From a virus, in the IMG/VR virus record IMGVR_UViG_3300034407_001956, positions 1-64,000 of that record: DNA of 64,000 bases; one strand, given 5' to 3'. A program made the translations under genes and the position numbers. This document shows positions 1 to 8,610 of this stretch, piece by piece; the stretch's first letter is position 1, and every line of letters starts with the position of its first letter. The notes below the pieces were generated by a model. That model saw only the letters and a program-made list of their open reading frames with translations. It was not told where the DNA came from and ran no database searches.

Positions 1-1077
1 GCTGGAGTTCTTGCCGACTCTTTAAATAAGAAATTCAAAGACTATAAGGTTGCTTATTTCTTAGATGGTACAGACAATACACCAACGGATATAAAAGAAT
101 ACATTTCAACAGGTTCAACAATGTTAGACTTAGCAATTTCAAATCGCCCTAATGGTGGTATTGCAGTTGGTAGGATTACAGAATTGAATGGTTTGGAAAG
201 TAGTGGTAAATCATTAGTTGGTGCCCATCTACTTGCCGAAACTCAAAAGAAAGGTGGTGTCGCTGTTTACATAGATACAGAGACAGCAGTAAGTGAAGAT
301 TTCTTAGGAGTTATTGGTGTAGATATTAATAGTATGTTGTATCTTCATTTGGAAACAATAGAAGATATATTTGAAGCTATTGAAGAAATCGTAACCAAAG
401 TTAGAGAATCAGATAAGGATAGGTTAGTAACCATCTTAGTAGATTCATTAGCTGCTGCTACAACTAAGGTTGAATTAAATGCAGACTATGACAAAGATGG
501 TTGGGCTACTTCAAAGGCTATTATCATATCAAAGGCTATGAGAAAGATTACTCAGATGATTGGTAGACAAAGAGTTGCTTTGGTATTCACAAATCAGTTA
601 AGACAAAAACTCGGAGTAATGTTCGGAGACCCTTGGACTACATCAGGTGGTAAGGCTCTTCCTTTTCATGCATCAACTCGCGTGAGACTAAAGAACAAAG
701 GACAGATTAAAGATAGTAAAAAGAATACTATTGGTATGACTATTCTGGCTCAAGTGATTAAGAATCGTTTGGGTCCTCCACTAAGAAAGGCTGAGTTTCC
801 ACTCTACTTTGAAAGTGGTGTAGATGATGAGGGTAGTTGGTTACAAGTTCTTAAAGACCACAATTGTGTAAAGGTTGGTGGTGCTTGGTATACTATGAAA
901 GACCATAAAGGTGAGGAGATTAAGTTTCAATCTAAGGATTGGGCTGAGAAGTTAGAGGATGAAGAGTTTAAATCTTATTGCTATAAACTTATCTGTGACA
1001 AAGTTATACTAAAATACACCAAAGCTGATTTAGGTATTGATGATGTAGAAATTACAAAAGAGGTGTTAGGTGACTAA
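1..1077 (+). CDS. recA: RecA/UvsX recombinase (5' truncated by window edge)
   Basis: Frame open from base 1 (AGVLADSLNKK...ISTGSTMLDLAI); Walker A GLESSGKS, YIDTE, VDSLAA, FTNQLR, TSGGKALPFHAS, KNR. Confidence 0.95.
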   Translation, partial: AGVLADSLNKKFKDYKVAYFLDGTDNTPTDIKEYISTGSTMLDLAISNRPNGGIAVGRITELNGLESSGKSLVGAHLLAETQKKGGVAVYIDTETAVSEDFLGVIGVDINSMLYLHLETIEDIFEAIEEIVTKVRESDKDRLVTILVDSLAAATTKVELNADYDKDGWATSKAIIISKAMRKITQMIGRQRVALVFTNQLRQKLGVMFGDPWTTSGGKALPFHASTRVRLKNKGQIKDSKKNTIGMTILAQVIKNRLGPPLRKAEFPLYFESGVDDEGSWLQVLKDHNCVKVGGAWYTMKDHKGEEIKFQSKDWAEKLEDEEFKSYCYKLICDKVILKYTKADLGIDDVEITKEVLGD

Positions 1078-2104
1078 TGCCAAATACCTTTCGATACTTG
1101 AAGAGATAAAAAACAAAGGCGGTAAATTAGACTCAGAAGAACCTGATGATAAGGTACTGATTATAGATGGACTAAATACATTCATAAGATGTTTTAGCGC
1201 TATACCAACTCTCAATGATGACGGAGCTCATGTTGGGGGAATAGTTGGTTTTCTTAGGTCAGTCGGATACGCTATAAGGACTATTAGACCTACCCGAACT
1301 GTCATAGTATTTGATGGTAAAGGTGGGTCTAACCGCCGAAAAAAAGTATTTCCAGAGTATAAGGCTGGTAGGAATATGTCGGAAAGACTCAATCGTTCCT
1401 ATGATTTCAATGATAAAGAAGATGAACACCAATCTATGATTATGCAATTAACGAGAGTTATAGATTATTTAGATTATCTTCCAATCACATCGATTACGAT
1501 TGAGGGTATAGAAGCTGATGATACGATGGCTTATGTAACTAAACAAATCCTAAAAACATCTAAAATAGTTTTAATGTCTACGGACAAAGACTTTCTTCAA
1601 TTGGTAAATCACAGAGTATCGGTTTGGTCTCCAACGAAAAAGAAGATGTACGATCCTCCTAAAGTATTAGAGGACTATGGTATACCATCTCATAACTTTG
1701 CTGTCTACAGATCTATAGATGGTGATAAGTCTGATAATATAAATGGTGTTCGTGGTTGGGGATTAAAAACTATTCAAAAAAAACTACCGCTTTTGCTCGA
1801 AGATAAGATACTTAATATAGATGACATTATTAAAGAAGATGAAAAGCTTAAAGAGAGTGAAGAGTTGTTGAAAAGAAATTATCGGTTAATGCAATTAGAT
1901 GAAGTAGACATCAGCGCTTCTGCTAAAACTAAAATCTTAGACAAAATCAGAGAACCTATTAATAGGTTAAATAAAATACAATTCCAAAAGAGATTTATTG
2001 AGGATAGATTATTTGCTACATTACCAAATATGGATAGTTGGTTAGTACAATGCTTTGCTAAACTCAATCAAATGGCTGAGAAAACATATGGGAAGAAAAC
2101 GTAA
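1070..2104 (+). CDS. 5'-3' exonuclease / flap endonuclease (T4 RNase H, PolI 5'-exo family)
   Basis: IIDGLN, VFDG, EYKAGR, EADD, STDKD, GDKSDNINGVRGWGLKT (H3TH) motifs. Confidence 0.93.
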   Translation: MTNAKYLSILEEIKNKGGKLDSEEPDDKVLIIDGLNTFIRCFSAIPTLNDDGAHVGGIVGFLRSVGYAIRTIRPTRTVIVFDGKGGSNRRKKVFPEYKAGRNMSERLNRSYDFNDKEDEHQSMIMQLTRVIDYLDYLPITSITIEGIEADDTMAYVTKQILKTSKIVLMSTDKDFLQLVNHRVSVWSPTKKKMYDPPKVLEDYGIPSHNFAVYRSIDGDKSDNINGVRGWGLKTIQKKLPLLLEDKILNIDDIIKEDEKLKESEELLKRNYRLMQLDEVDISASAKTKILDKIREPINRLNKIQFQKRFIEDRLFATLPNMDSWLVQCFAKLNQMAEKTYGKKT

Positions 2105-2267
2105 ATACATTTCAGAAGAAGAACGTAGAGAAGCACAGCGTAAATGGTCTATGGAATATTATCACAGGAATAGGGTTGTTCTACAAGCAAAAGCTAGAGA
2201 ACGCTACCGTAGGAAAAAACAAATGGAATTAAAAGAAATACAAAGAAGAGAACTATATGGCGAGTGA
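2088..2267 (+). CDS. Small basic helical protein, possibly nucleic-acid binding
   Basis: MGRKRKY...; Arg/Lys-rich; overlaps both neighbours; ATG 2088 preferred over the track start. Confidence 0.6.
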   Translation: MGRKRKYISEEERREAQRKWSMEYYHRNRVVLQAKARERYRRKKQMELKEIQRRELYGE

Positions 2268-3627
2268 GAATTTTAATCAATTCGGTCCGACATTTCAATC
2301 AAAGATAATCTCATCTTTACTGTCGGACAATAAGTTCATACAAACAATAAGCGATATATTAGAACCAGAGTTCTTCGATTCGGATGCCAATAAATGGCTA
2401 ACAAAAGAAGTTAGTAAGTATTTTATGGAGTTTAGAAAAGCTCCTACATTAGAAGTTCTCAAAATAAAAATAACTCAAATGGATGATGAGATATTAAAAG
2501 TATCTATCATTGAGAATCTTAAAGAAGCTTGGAGAAACATAGAGGCTACTGATTTAGAGTTTGTAAAACAGGAGACTTTAGGTTTCTGTAAGAATCAGGT
2601 TATTAAAGAATCGATTATGCAATCGGTTGATTTATTAGAACAAAAGAAATATGATGAGATAAAGGTAATAATTGATGCGGCTATGAAAGCTGGTAGTGAA
2701 AGAGATTTAGGACATGACTATATTATATCTCTAAACGACAGACTTACAGAATCAGTAAGGGAGACATTACCAACACCTTGGGATTCTATTACCAATGTAA
2801 TGGATGGTGGATTAGCTGGTGGTGAGTTAGGAGTATTAGTTGCTGCTGCTGGTGTTGGTAAGACTTGGTGCTTACAATCTCTGGCTGCTCATTTGGTAAA
2901 GCAAGGTAAGACTGTAGTTCATTATACTTTAGAATTGAATGAGGCTTATGTTGGACTAAGATATGATACTGTGTTTAGTGGTACACCAACTGCTAATATA
3001 AAATACTATCAAGATGATGTTCAGAAAGTTATAGATAAGTTAGAAGGTAAGTTGATTATAAAATACTATCCAACTCGTTCTGCTTCGGTAAATACATTAG
3101 CTTCTCATCTGAAACAGATGGAAATACAGGAAATCAAACCTGATGTGGTTATAGTTGATTATGCTGATATTTTAAAACCAACCACATTCTATAAAGAGAA
3201 GAGGCATGCTACTGGTGAAACCTATGAGAATCTTCGTGGTATGGCTGGTGAGTTTGATATTCCAATATGGACTGCTTCACAGGCAAATAGAAGTTCGTTA
3301 GAAGAAGATGTGATTGATGCTAGTAAAGTATCAGAGGATTATAGTAAGGTTATGACAGCAGACTTTGTTATGTCAGTTAGTCGAAAGGTTGAGGATAAGA
3401 TTGCTAATACTGGTAGGGTGCATGTAATCAAAAACAGATTTGGTATTGATGGAATAACATTTCCTGCAGAAATCAATACAAATACAGGTCACATACAAGT
3501 GTATGAAGCATCAACGCAGGGTGGGAAATCAGCACAAGGTAAGATGGATAATTCAGAAGAATATTTAAGACAAACATTATCTAAAAAATATAATGACTTA
3601 AAACCAAAAACTGAAGGATTTGAGTAA
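2257..3627 (+). CDS. Replicative SF4 helicase (DnaB/T4 gp41-like)
   Basis: Walker A AAAGVGKT, YTLEL, VIVDYAD, WTASQANR, KNRFG. Confidence 0.95.
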   Translation: MASENFNQFGPTFQSKIISSLLSDNKFIQTISDILEPEFFDSDANKWLTKEVSKYFMEFRKAPTLEVLKIKITQMDDEILKVSIIENLKEAWRNIEATDLEFVKQETLGFCKNQVIKESIMQSVDLLEQKKYDEIKVIIDAAMKAGSERDLGHDYIISLNDRLTESVRETLPTPWDSITNVMDGGLAGGELGVLVAAAGVGKTWCLQSLAAHLVKQGKTVVHYTLELNEAYVGLRYDTVFSGTPTANIKYYQDDVQKVIDKLEGKLIIKYYPTRSASVNTLASHLKQMEIQEIKPDVVIVDYADILKPTTFYKEKRHATGETYENLRGMAGEFDIPIWTASQANRSSLEEDVIDASKVSEDYSKVMTADFVMSVSRKVEDKIANTGRVHVIKNRFGIDGITFPAEINTNTGHIQVYEASTQGGKSAQGKMDNSEEYLRQTLSKKYNDLKPKTEGFE

Positions 3628-3692
3628 AGAAGAATCGGTATATATTATATTTATTGATTGTGAGAAACAAACAGATTAATTTAGGAGTTACG

Positions 3693-5702
3693 ATGGAAAA
3701 ATTTACATTATCAGAAAATTTTATAAATAAGTTTAAAAGAAAAAAACCACCATTCGGTTTCAACGGATTAGGTGAGTTGGTTTATATGAGAACCTACTCA
3801 AGAATTAAAGAAGATGGAAAGAATGAAAGATGGTGGGAAACAGTTAGAAGAGTCGTAGAGGGAACATACTCTATGCAAAAAAATCACATTGATGGACATC
3901 AATTAGGGTGGAATCCGTGGCAAGCTCAAAAGTCAGCGCAAGATATGTATGAGCGCATTTTCAGTATGAAGTTTTTGCCACCTGGCCGTGGACTTTGGGC
4001 TATGGGAACAGCCATAACCGAAGAAAAGGGTTTATACGCCGCCCTCAACAATTGTGCATTTGTATCAACATCAACAATAAAAGATGACTATGCTAAACCA
4101 TTCTGTTTCCTTATGGATGCAAGTATGTTAGGAGTAGGAGTTGGATTTGATACTAAGGGTGCTGGTGAGATTATCGTAAAGGGTATAGACGAAAGTCGTG
4201 ATGAATCCCTATTTGAAATACCAGATACTCGTGAGGGTTGGGTTGAGTCTCTTAAAGTTCTTTTAGAAAGTTACTTTCACGGAACTGCTCCTATCAAATT
4301 TGATTACTCAAAGATAAGAGCGGCTGGAGAACCAATCGCAGGATTTGGTGGAGTATCAAGTGGTCACGAACCTTTGCTTGAAGTACACAAAGATATAATA
4401 AAGGTTTTAGAAAAAAATGAAGGTGAACCAATAACAATAACAACAATTGTAGACATAATGAATCTGATTGGCAAATGTGTTGTAGCAGGTAATGTAAGAA
4501 GAACTGCTGAGATTGTATTTGGTGATCCGCACGATGAAGAGTATTTAGATTTAAAAAATTACAAAGTAAATCCGGATAGGGAGACATATGGTTGGACTTC
4601 TAATAATAGTATATATGCAGAACTCGGTATGGATTATACTGATGTATGTCGAAGAATAGTAGATAATGGAGAACCAGGCTTTGCTTGGTTAGATAATATG
4701 AGACATTACTCTCGTATGAAGAATGGTGGGGATGATAAAGACCATAGGGTAATGGGCGGTAATCCTTGTTTAGAACAATCACTAGAATCATACGAGTTAT
4801 GTTGTTTAGTAGAAACATTTCCACACAATCACGATTCATTAGAAGATTATCAAAGAACTTTAAAATATGCATATTTGTATGCTAAAACAGTTACATTAGG
4901 AAGAACTCATTGGGCTGAAACCAATAGGGTTATGTTAAGAAATAGAAGAATAGGATGTTCTGTAAGTGGAGTAGCTCAGTTTATTACAAAGAATGGAATG
5001 GGTGAACTACAGAATTGGTTGGAGACAGGATATGATACAATACAAGAATGGGATAAACAATATTCTGATTGGTTTGCTGTACCGAAGTCAATTAAAACAA
5101 CATCAGTTAAACCAAGTGGCACTGTTTCCTTATTGGTTGGTGCTACTCCAGGAATGCATTACCCTGAGTCGAGGTTTTATATTAGGAGAATGAGATTATC
5201 AAAGCATTCAGAACTATTAGAACCACTAAAGAAAGCTAACTATAAATTAGAACCAGCTTTTGGTTCAGAGGACACAACAATGGTTGTTGAAGTTCCTGTA
5301 GATGTCGGTGAGGGGATAAGAACAGCAGCTGAACTTTCAATTTGGGAACAATTTAGTTTAGCTGCTTTCTTACAAAGACATTGGGCTGATAATCAGGTAA
5401 GTTGCACTGCTACTTTCGATCCAGAAACAGAAGCTAACCAACTACCACACGTTTTAAATTACTTTCAGTATAAATTAAAGGGTATATCATTACTACCACG
5501 ACACGAATTAGGTGCTTATAAACAGATGCCATATGAAGCTATCACAGAAGAAGAATATAATACTATGGTAGGTAAGTTAGGTAAATTATCTTTCGGTGTA
5601 ATCAAAAATGAAGAGGCTGATATAGATAAATTCTGTAATAACGATAGTTGTGAAGTACCACCTTTAACAGGTGATAATGACGATCAAGAATATGCAAATT
5701 AA
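3693..5702 (+). CDS. nrdJ: Class II adenosylcobalamin-dependent ribonucleotide reductase (monomeric RTPR type)
   Basis: PPGRGLW, LNNCAF, VVAGNVRRTAEI, NPCLEQ thiyl-radical loop, TTSVKPSGTVS, C-terminal CNNDSC pair; SD AGGAG at 3683-3687. Confidence 0.93.
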   Translation: MEKFTLSENFINKFKRKKPPFGFNGLGELVYMRTYSRIKEDGKNERWWETVRRVVEGTYSMQKNHIDGHQLGWNPWQAQKSAQDMYERIFSMKFLPPGRGLWAMGTAITEEKGLYAALNNCAFVSTSTIKDDYAKPFCFLMDASMLGVGVGFDTKGAGEIIVKGIDESRDESLFEIPDTREGWVESLKVLLESYFHGTAPIKFDYSKIRAAGEPIAGFGGVSSGHEPLLEVHKDIIKVLEKNEGEPITITTIVDIMNLIGKCVVAGNVRRTAEIVFGDPHDEEYLDLKNYKVNPDRETYGWTSNNSIYAELGMDYTDVCRRIVDNGEPGFAWLDNMRHYSRMKNGGDDKDHRVMGGNPCLEQSLESYELCCLVETFPHNHDSLEDYQRTLKYAYLYAKTVTLGRTHWAETNRVMLRNRRIGCSVSGVAQFITKNGMGELQNWLETGYDTIQEWDKQYSDWFAVPKSIKTTSVKPSGTVSLLVGATPGMHYPESRFYIRRMRLSKHSELLEPLKKANYKLEPAFGSEDTTMVVEVPVDVGEGIRTAAELSIWEQFSLAAFLQRHWADNQVSCTATFDPETEANQLPHVLNYFQYKLKGISLLPRHELGAYKQMPYEAITEEEYNTMVGKLGKLSFGVIKNEEADIDKFCNNDSCEVPPLTGDNDDQEYAN

Positions 5703-5708
5703 ACGCGG

Positions 5709-5742
5709 ACAGGCAGCTGACACACCTGTGAAAAAATGTGTC
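5709..5742 (+). promoter_or_regulatory. H-type pseudoknot in TBDR 5' leader (candidate riboswitch or cis-regulatory RNA)
   Basis: S1 ACAGG 5709-13/CCTGT 5725-29; S2 GACACA 5719-24/TGTGTC 5737-42; A-rich L3 GAAAAAA; SD AGAGGAG 5755-61. Confidence 0.6.
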
Positions 5743-5768
5743 TTAACTAAGAAAAGAGGAGAACGTTA

Positions 5769-8498
5769 ATGAAGAAACGTAATCTAATAATAACATTACT
5801 AATGACAACAGGATTGTTCGCACAATCTATCGTTGGAGTTGTTGGTAATGGTAAAGAACCATTGGCAGGAGCTAATGTGATTGTTGTCGGAACTGATAAA
5901 GGTGGTGTAACAGATGAGTCTGGTAAATATACTATCGATGTTGGAGCTGAAGGCACATACACATTAACTGCTTCTTTCATTGGGTACTCATCTTTAACAC
6001 TTGATGTTAAGGTGGGTGATATAGTTGGAACAGCAAACTTCGATTTAGAAGCAGATGTTTTAGCTATGTCAGCGCTTGAGGTTTTAGCATCAAGAGCTGA
6101 TGAAACAACGCCTGTTGCTTACACTAATGTTAGTAAAGAGGATTTGGAATTTCGTCTTGGTTCACAAGATATTCCAATGGCTCTAAATACTACACCGAGT
6201 GTATACGCTACTGGCCAAGGTGGTGGAGCTGGAGATGCTCGTATCAATGTACGTGGTTTCAACCAAAGAAACGTTGCTGTTATGATTAACGGTGTTCCCC
6301 AAAATGATATGGAGAACGGATGGGTTTATTGGTCTAACTGGGATGGTGTTGCAGACGCAGCCCAATCAGTTCAGATGCAAAGAGGACTATCTGCTGTTAA
6401 TTTAGCTACACCGTCTATTGGTGGAACTATGAACATAATCACAGATCCTGCTGCTCAAGAAAAGGGTGGTAAAGTAAAGCAAGAAGTAGGTGAGGGTGGA
6501 TTCCTCAAATCTACTTTGAATTATAACTCAGGTCTTATCAATGATAAACTAGCACTTAGTGGAACTATTGTTCGTAAAACTGGTGATGGTTTCATCGATG
6601 GAACTTGGACAGATGCATGGGCTTACTATTTCGGAAGTTCTTATCAGCTGAATGATGAACATCGATTTGAGTTATATGGAATAGGCGCCCCACAAAGACA
6701 CGGTCAAAACCTATATAAACAGAACATAGCGACTTACTCACAAGATTTAGCAGGAGACATTAGTGGTTATAATGATTCTGCTTATGTAGCTGGTGAGAAG
6801 TTTGAAACTGAAGCTGGTAGGTTCTACAATCAGAATTGGGCTCCTGTCGATCCTTCTTATAAAGGTAAACAATACTTTTATATGTATGGTGATAAAACAC
6901 AGGATAGATTCAGTTCTGATTTTCTAAATGAAAGAGAAAACTTCTTTCATAAACCACTTGTAAACCTAAATCACTTTTATGATATAAATGATGATATGAG
7001 GTTAAGTTCAGTACTTTACTGGAGTGGTGGTTCAGGTGGTGGAACTGGTACTTACGGAAGTGTCAGTAGAAAACCTGCAGTTGAAGGAGAACCTTGGTAC
7101 GCAAGTTCACCTTGGATGTGGGATTGGAATGCCGAGATAGCTCAGAACTCTGCTAATGTAGATTCTGCTTTCTCTGATGTTGAAAATCGTTCAACAGGTA
7201 TTCTTAGGAACTCAATCAATAGACAAAATACTTATGGTTTGATTTCAAAATTAAACTATGATGTATCAGATGCTCTTGAAATTCAAGTCGGTATTGATTG
7301 GAGAACTGCTGGAATAGAACATGCTAGAGAAGTTCGTGACTTACTTGGTGGAGACTACTATGTAGATTACGCTGATGACAATGCTCCTGATGGTAAGAAA
7401 GTTGGGTTAGGTGATATTATCGCTTACCACAACGAAACCACAGTTGATTGGTTTGGTGCTTTCTTACAAGGTAAGTATGACATCGCTAAGTTCAACTTAT
7501 ATGGTATGGGTGGAATATCCACTATTGGATATACATATCAAGACCATTTCTCAGTTGATAAAGAAGTTGTTAAGGCTGATGCTATTACTACTTTCCAAGT
7601 GAAAGGTGGTGGTAGATATAATCTTGATGACAGACTTTCAGCATTTGCTAACATTGGGTATGTTGAGAAACCACCAATCTTAGACAATGTGATTGATTAT
7701 GATGGTAATGTTTCACAGAATCCAGATAATGAAAAGTTCATTTCTAACGAAATCGGTGGAGAATACAGAAGCGATTTAGTTGCTATCAAAGGTAGTTTTT
7801 ATAATACCCAATGGAAAGATAGAAACCTTACCAAATCTGTAACTACTGGACAAGGTGATTCAGGCGACTCAGACATCATTTATCTTACTGGCGTAAATCA
7901 AACTCATAGTGGTTTTGAGATAGAGTCTAAAGTTGCTCTTCACAAAATGGTTGAGTTAGATGTAGCGATAAGTATTGGTTCTTGGAAGTTCGATGGAGAT
8001 GCTAAAGGTGACTACACAGAGATGGAATACAATGATGATAATCAAATTATTGGACAAACATCTACTGAGTACCAATATGCTCTTAATGGTCTAATGGTTG
8101 GTGATATGCCACAAACTGCTTATGTTGGTGGCCTTACACTTAAACCAATTGATGGACTTAGCTTACAAGGTCTCTATAGAATATACGACAATCACTATGC
8201 TGATTGGAGTCCTGATTCTCGTGAGGTTGATGGTGATGCTGATAGGGCGCAAGTTTGGAAATCTCCTGGATATTCTAAGCTTGATTTACATATTGCATAT
8301 AAACTACCAGAAATTGCAGGTTTAGATATGACTATAACAGGTCATCTATTCAATGCACTTGACAATGTTTATGTTCAAGACGCTGTTGATAATAGTCAAT
8401 ATAATGGGTATGGTGACAAAGTTCACGCTGCTCATAATGCTGAAGTATTTCTTGGAACACCAAGACACTTCAACTTAGGACTTGCTGTCAATTTCTAA
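5769..8498 (+). CDS. TonB-dependent outer-membrane receptor with N-terminal carboxypeptidase-regulatory-like domain
   Basis: Signal peptide; EPLAGANV...GGVTDESGKY...ASFIGY domain; plug (INVRGF, VMINGVP, GGTMNIIT); C-terminal beta-signal FNLGLAVNF. Confidence 0.93.
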   Translation: MKKRNLIITLLMTTGLFAQSIVGVVGNGKEPLAGANVIVVGTDKGGVTDESGKYTIDVGAEGTYTLTASFIGYSSLTLDVKVGDIVGTANFDLEADVLAMSALEVLASRADETTPVAYTNVSKEDLEFRLGSQDIPMALNTTPSVYATGQGGGAGDARINVRGFNQRNVAVMINGVPQNDMENGWVYWSNWDGVADAAQSVQMQRGLSAVNLATPSIGGTMNIITDPAAQEKGGKVKQEVGEGGFLKSTLNYNSGLINDKLALSGTIVRKTGDGFIDGTWTDAWAYYFGSSYQLNDEHRFELYGIGAPQRHGQNLYKQNIATYSQDLAGDISGYNDSAYVAGEKFETEAGRFYNQNWAPVDPSYKGKQYFYMYGDKTQDRFSSDFLNERENFFHKPLVNLNHFYDINDDMRLSSVLYWSGGSGGGTGTYGSVSRKPAVEGEPWYASSPWMWDWNAEIAQNSANVDSAFSDVENRSTGILRNSINRQNTYGLISKLNYDVSDALEIQVGIDWRTAGIEHAREVRDLLGGDYYVDYADDNAPDGKKVGLGDIIAYHNETTVDWFGAFLQGKYDIAKFNLYGMGGISTIGYTYQDHFSVDKEVVKADAITTFQVKGGGRYNLDDRLSAFANIGYVEKPPILDNVIDYDGNVSQNPDNEKFISNEIGGEYRSDLVAIKGSFYNTQWKDRNLTKSVTTGQGDSGDSDIIYLTGVNQTHSGFEIESKVALHKMVELDVAISIGSWKFDGDAKGDYTEMEYNDDNQIIGQTSTEYQYALNGLMVGDMPQTAYVGGLTLKPIDGLSLQGLYRIYDNHYADWSPDSREVDGDADRAQVWKSPGYSKLDLHIAYKLPEIAGLDMTITGHLFNALDNVYVQDAVDNSQYNGYGDKVHAAHNAEVFLGTPRHFNLGLAVNF

Positions 8499-8510
8499 AA
8501 TGGTAAACTT

Positions 8511-8535
8511 GGGGGGAATTTATTTCCCCCCTTTT
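8511..8535 (+). terminator. Intrinsic terminator after TBDR
   Basis: GGGGGGAA-TTTAT-TTCCCCCC followed by TTTT. Confidence 0.85.
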
Positions 8536-8548
8536 ATCAAAATAAACC

Positions 8549-8578
8549 TTGACTTATGTAAGGTTTTAGTTGTATATT
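8549..8578 (+). promoter_or_regulatory. Sigma70-type promoter for polB
   Basis: TTGACT-N18-TATATT. Confidence 0.7.
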
Positions 8579-8610
8579 AACGTATCGAAAATGGGGATAT
8601 TATAACCTAA

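Noticed and set aside
5703-5768. Cobalamin riboswitch upstream of the TBDR
   Set aside because: The gap is only 66 nt and has no B12-box; the pseudoknot is reported separately.
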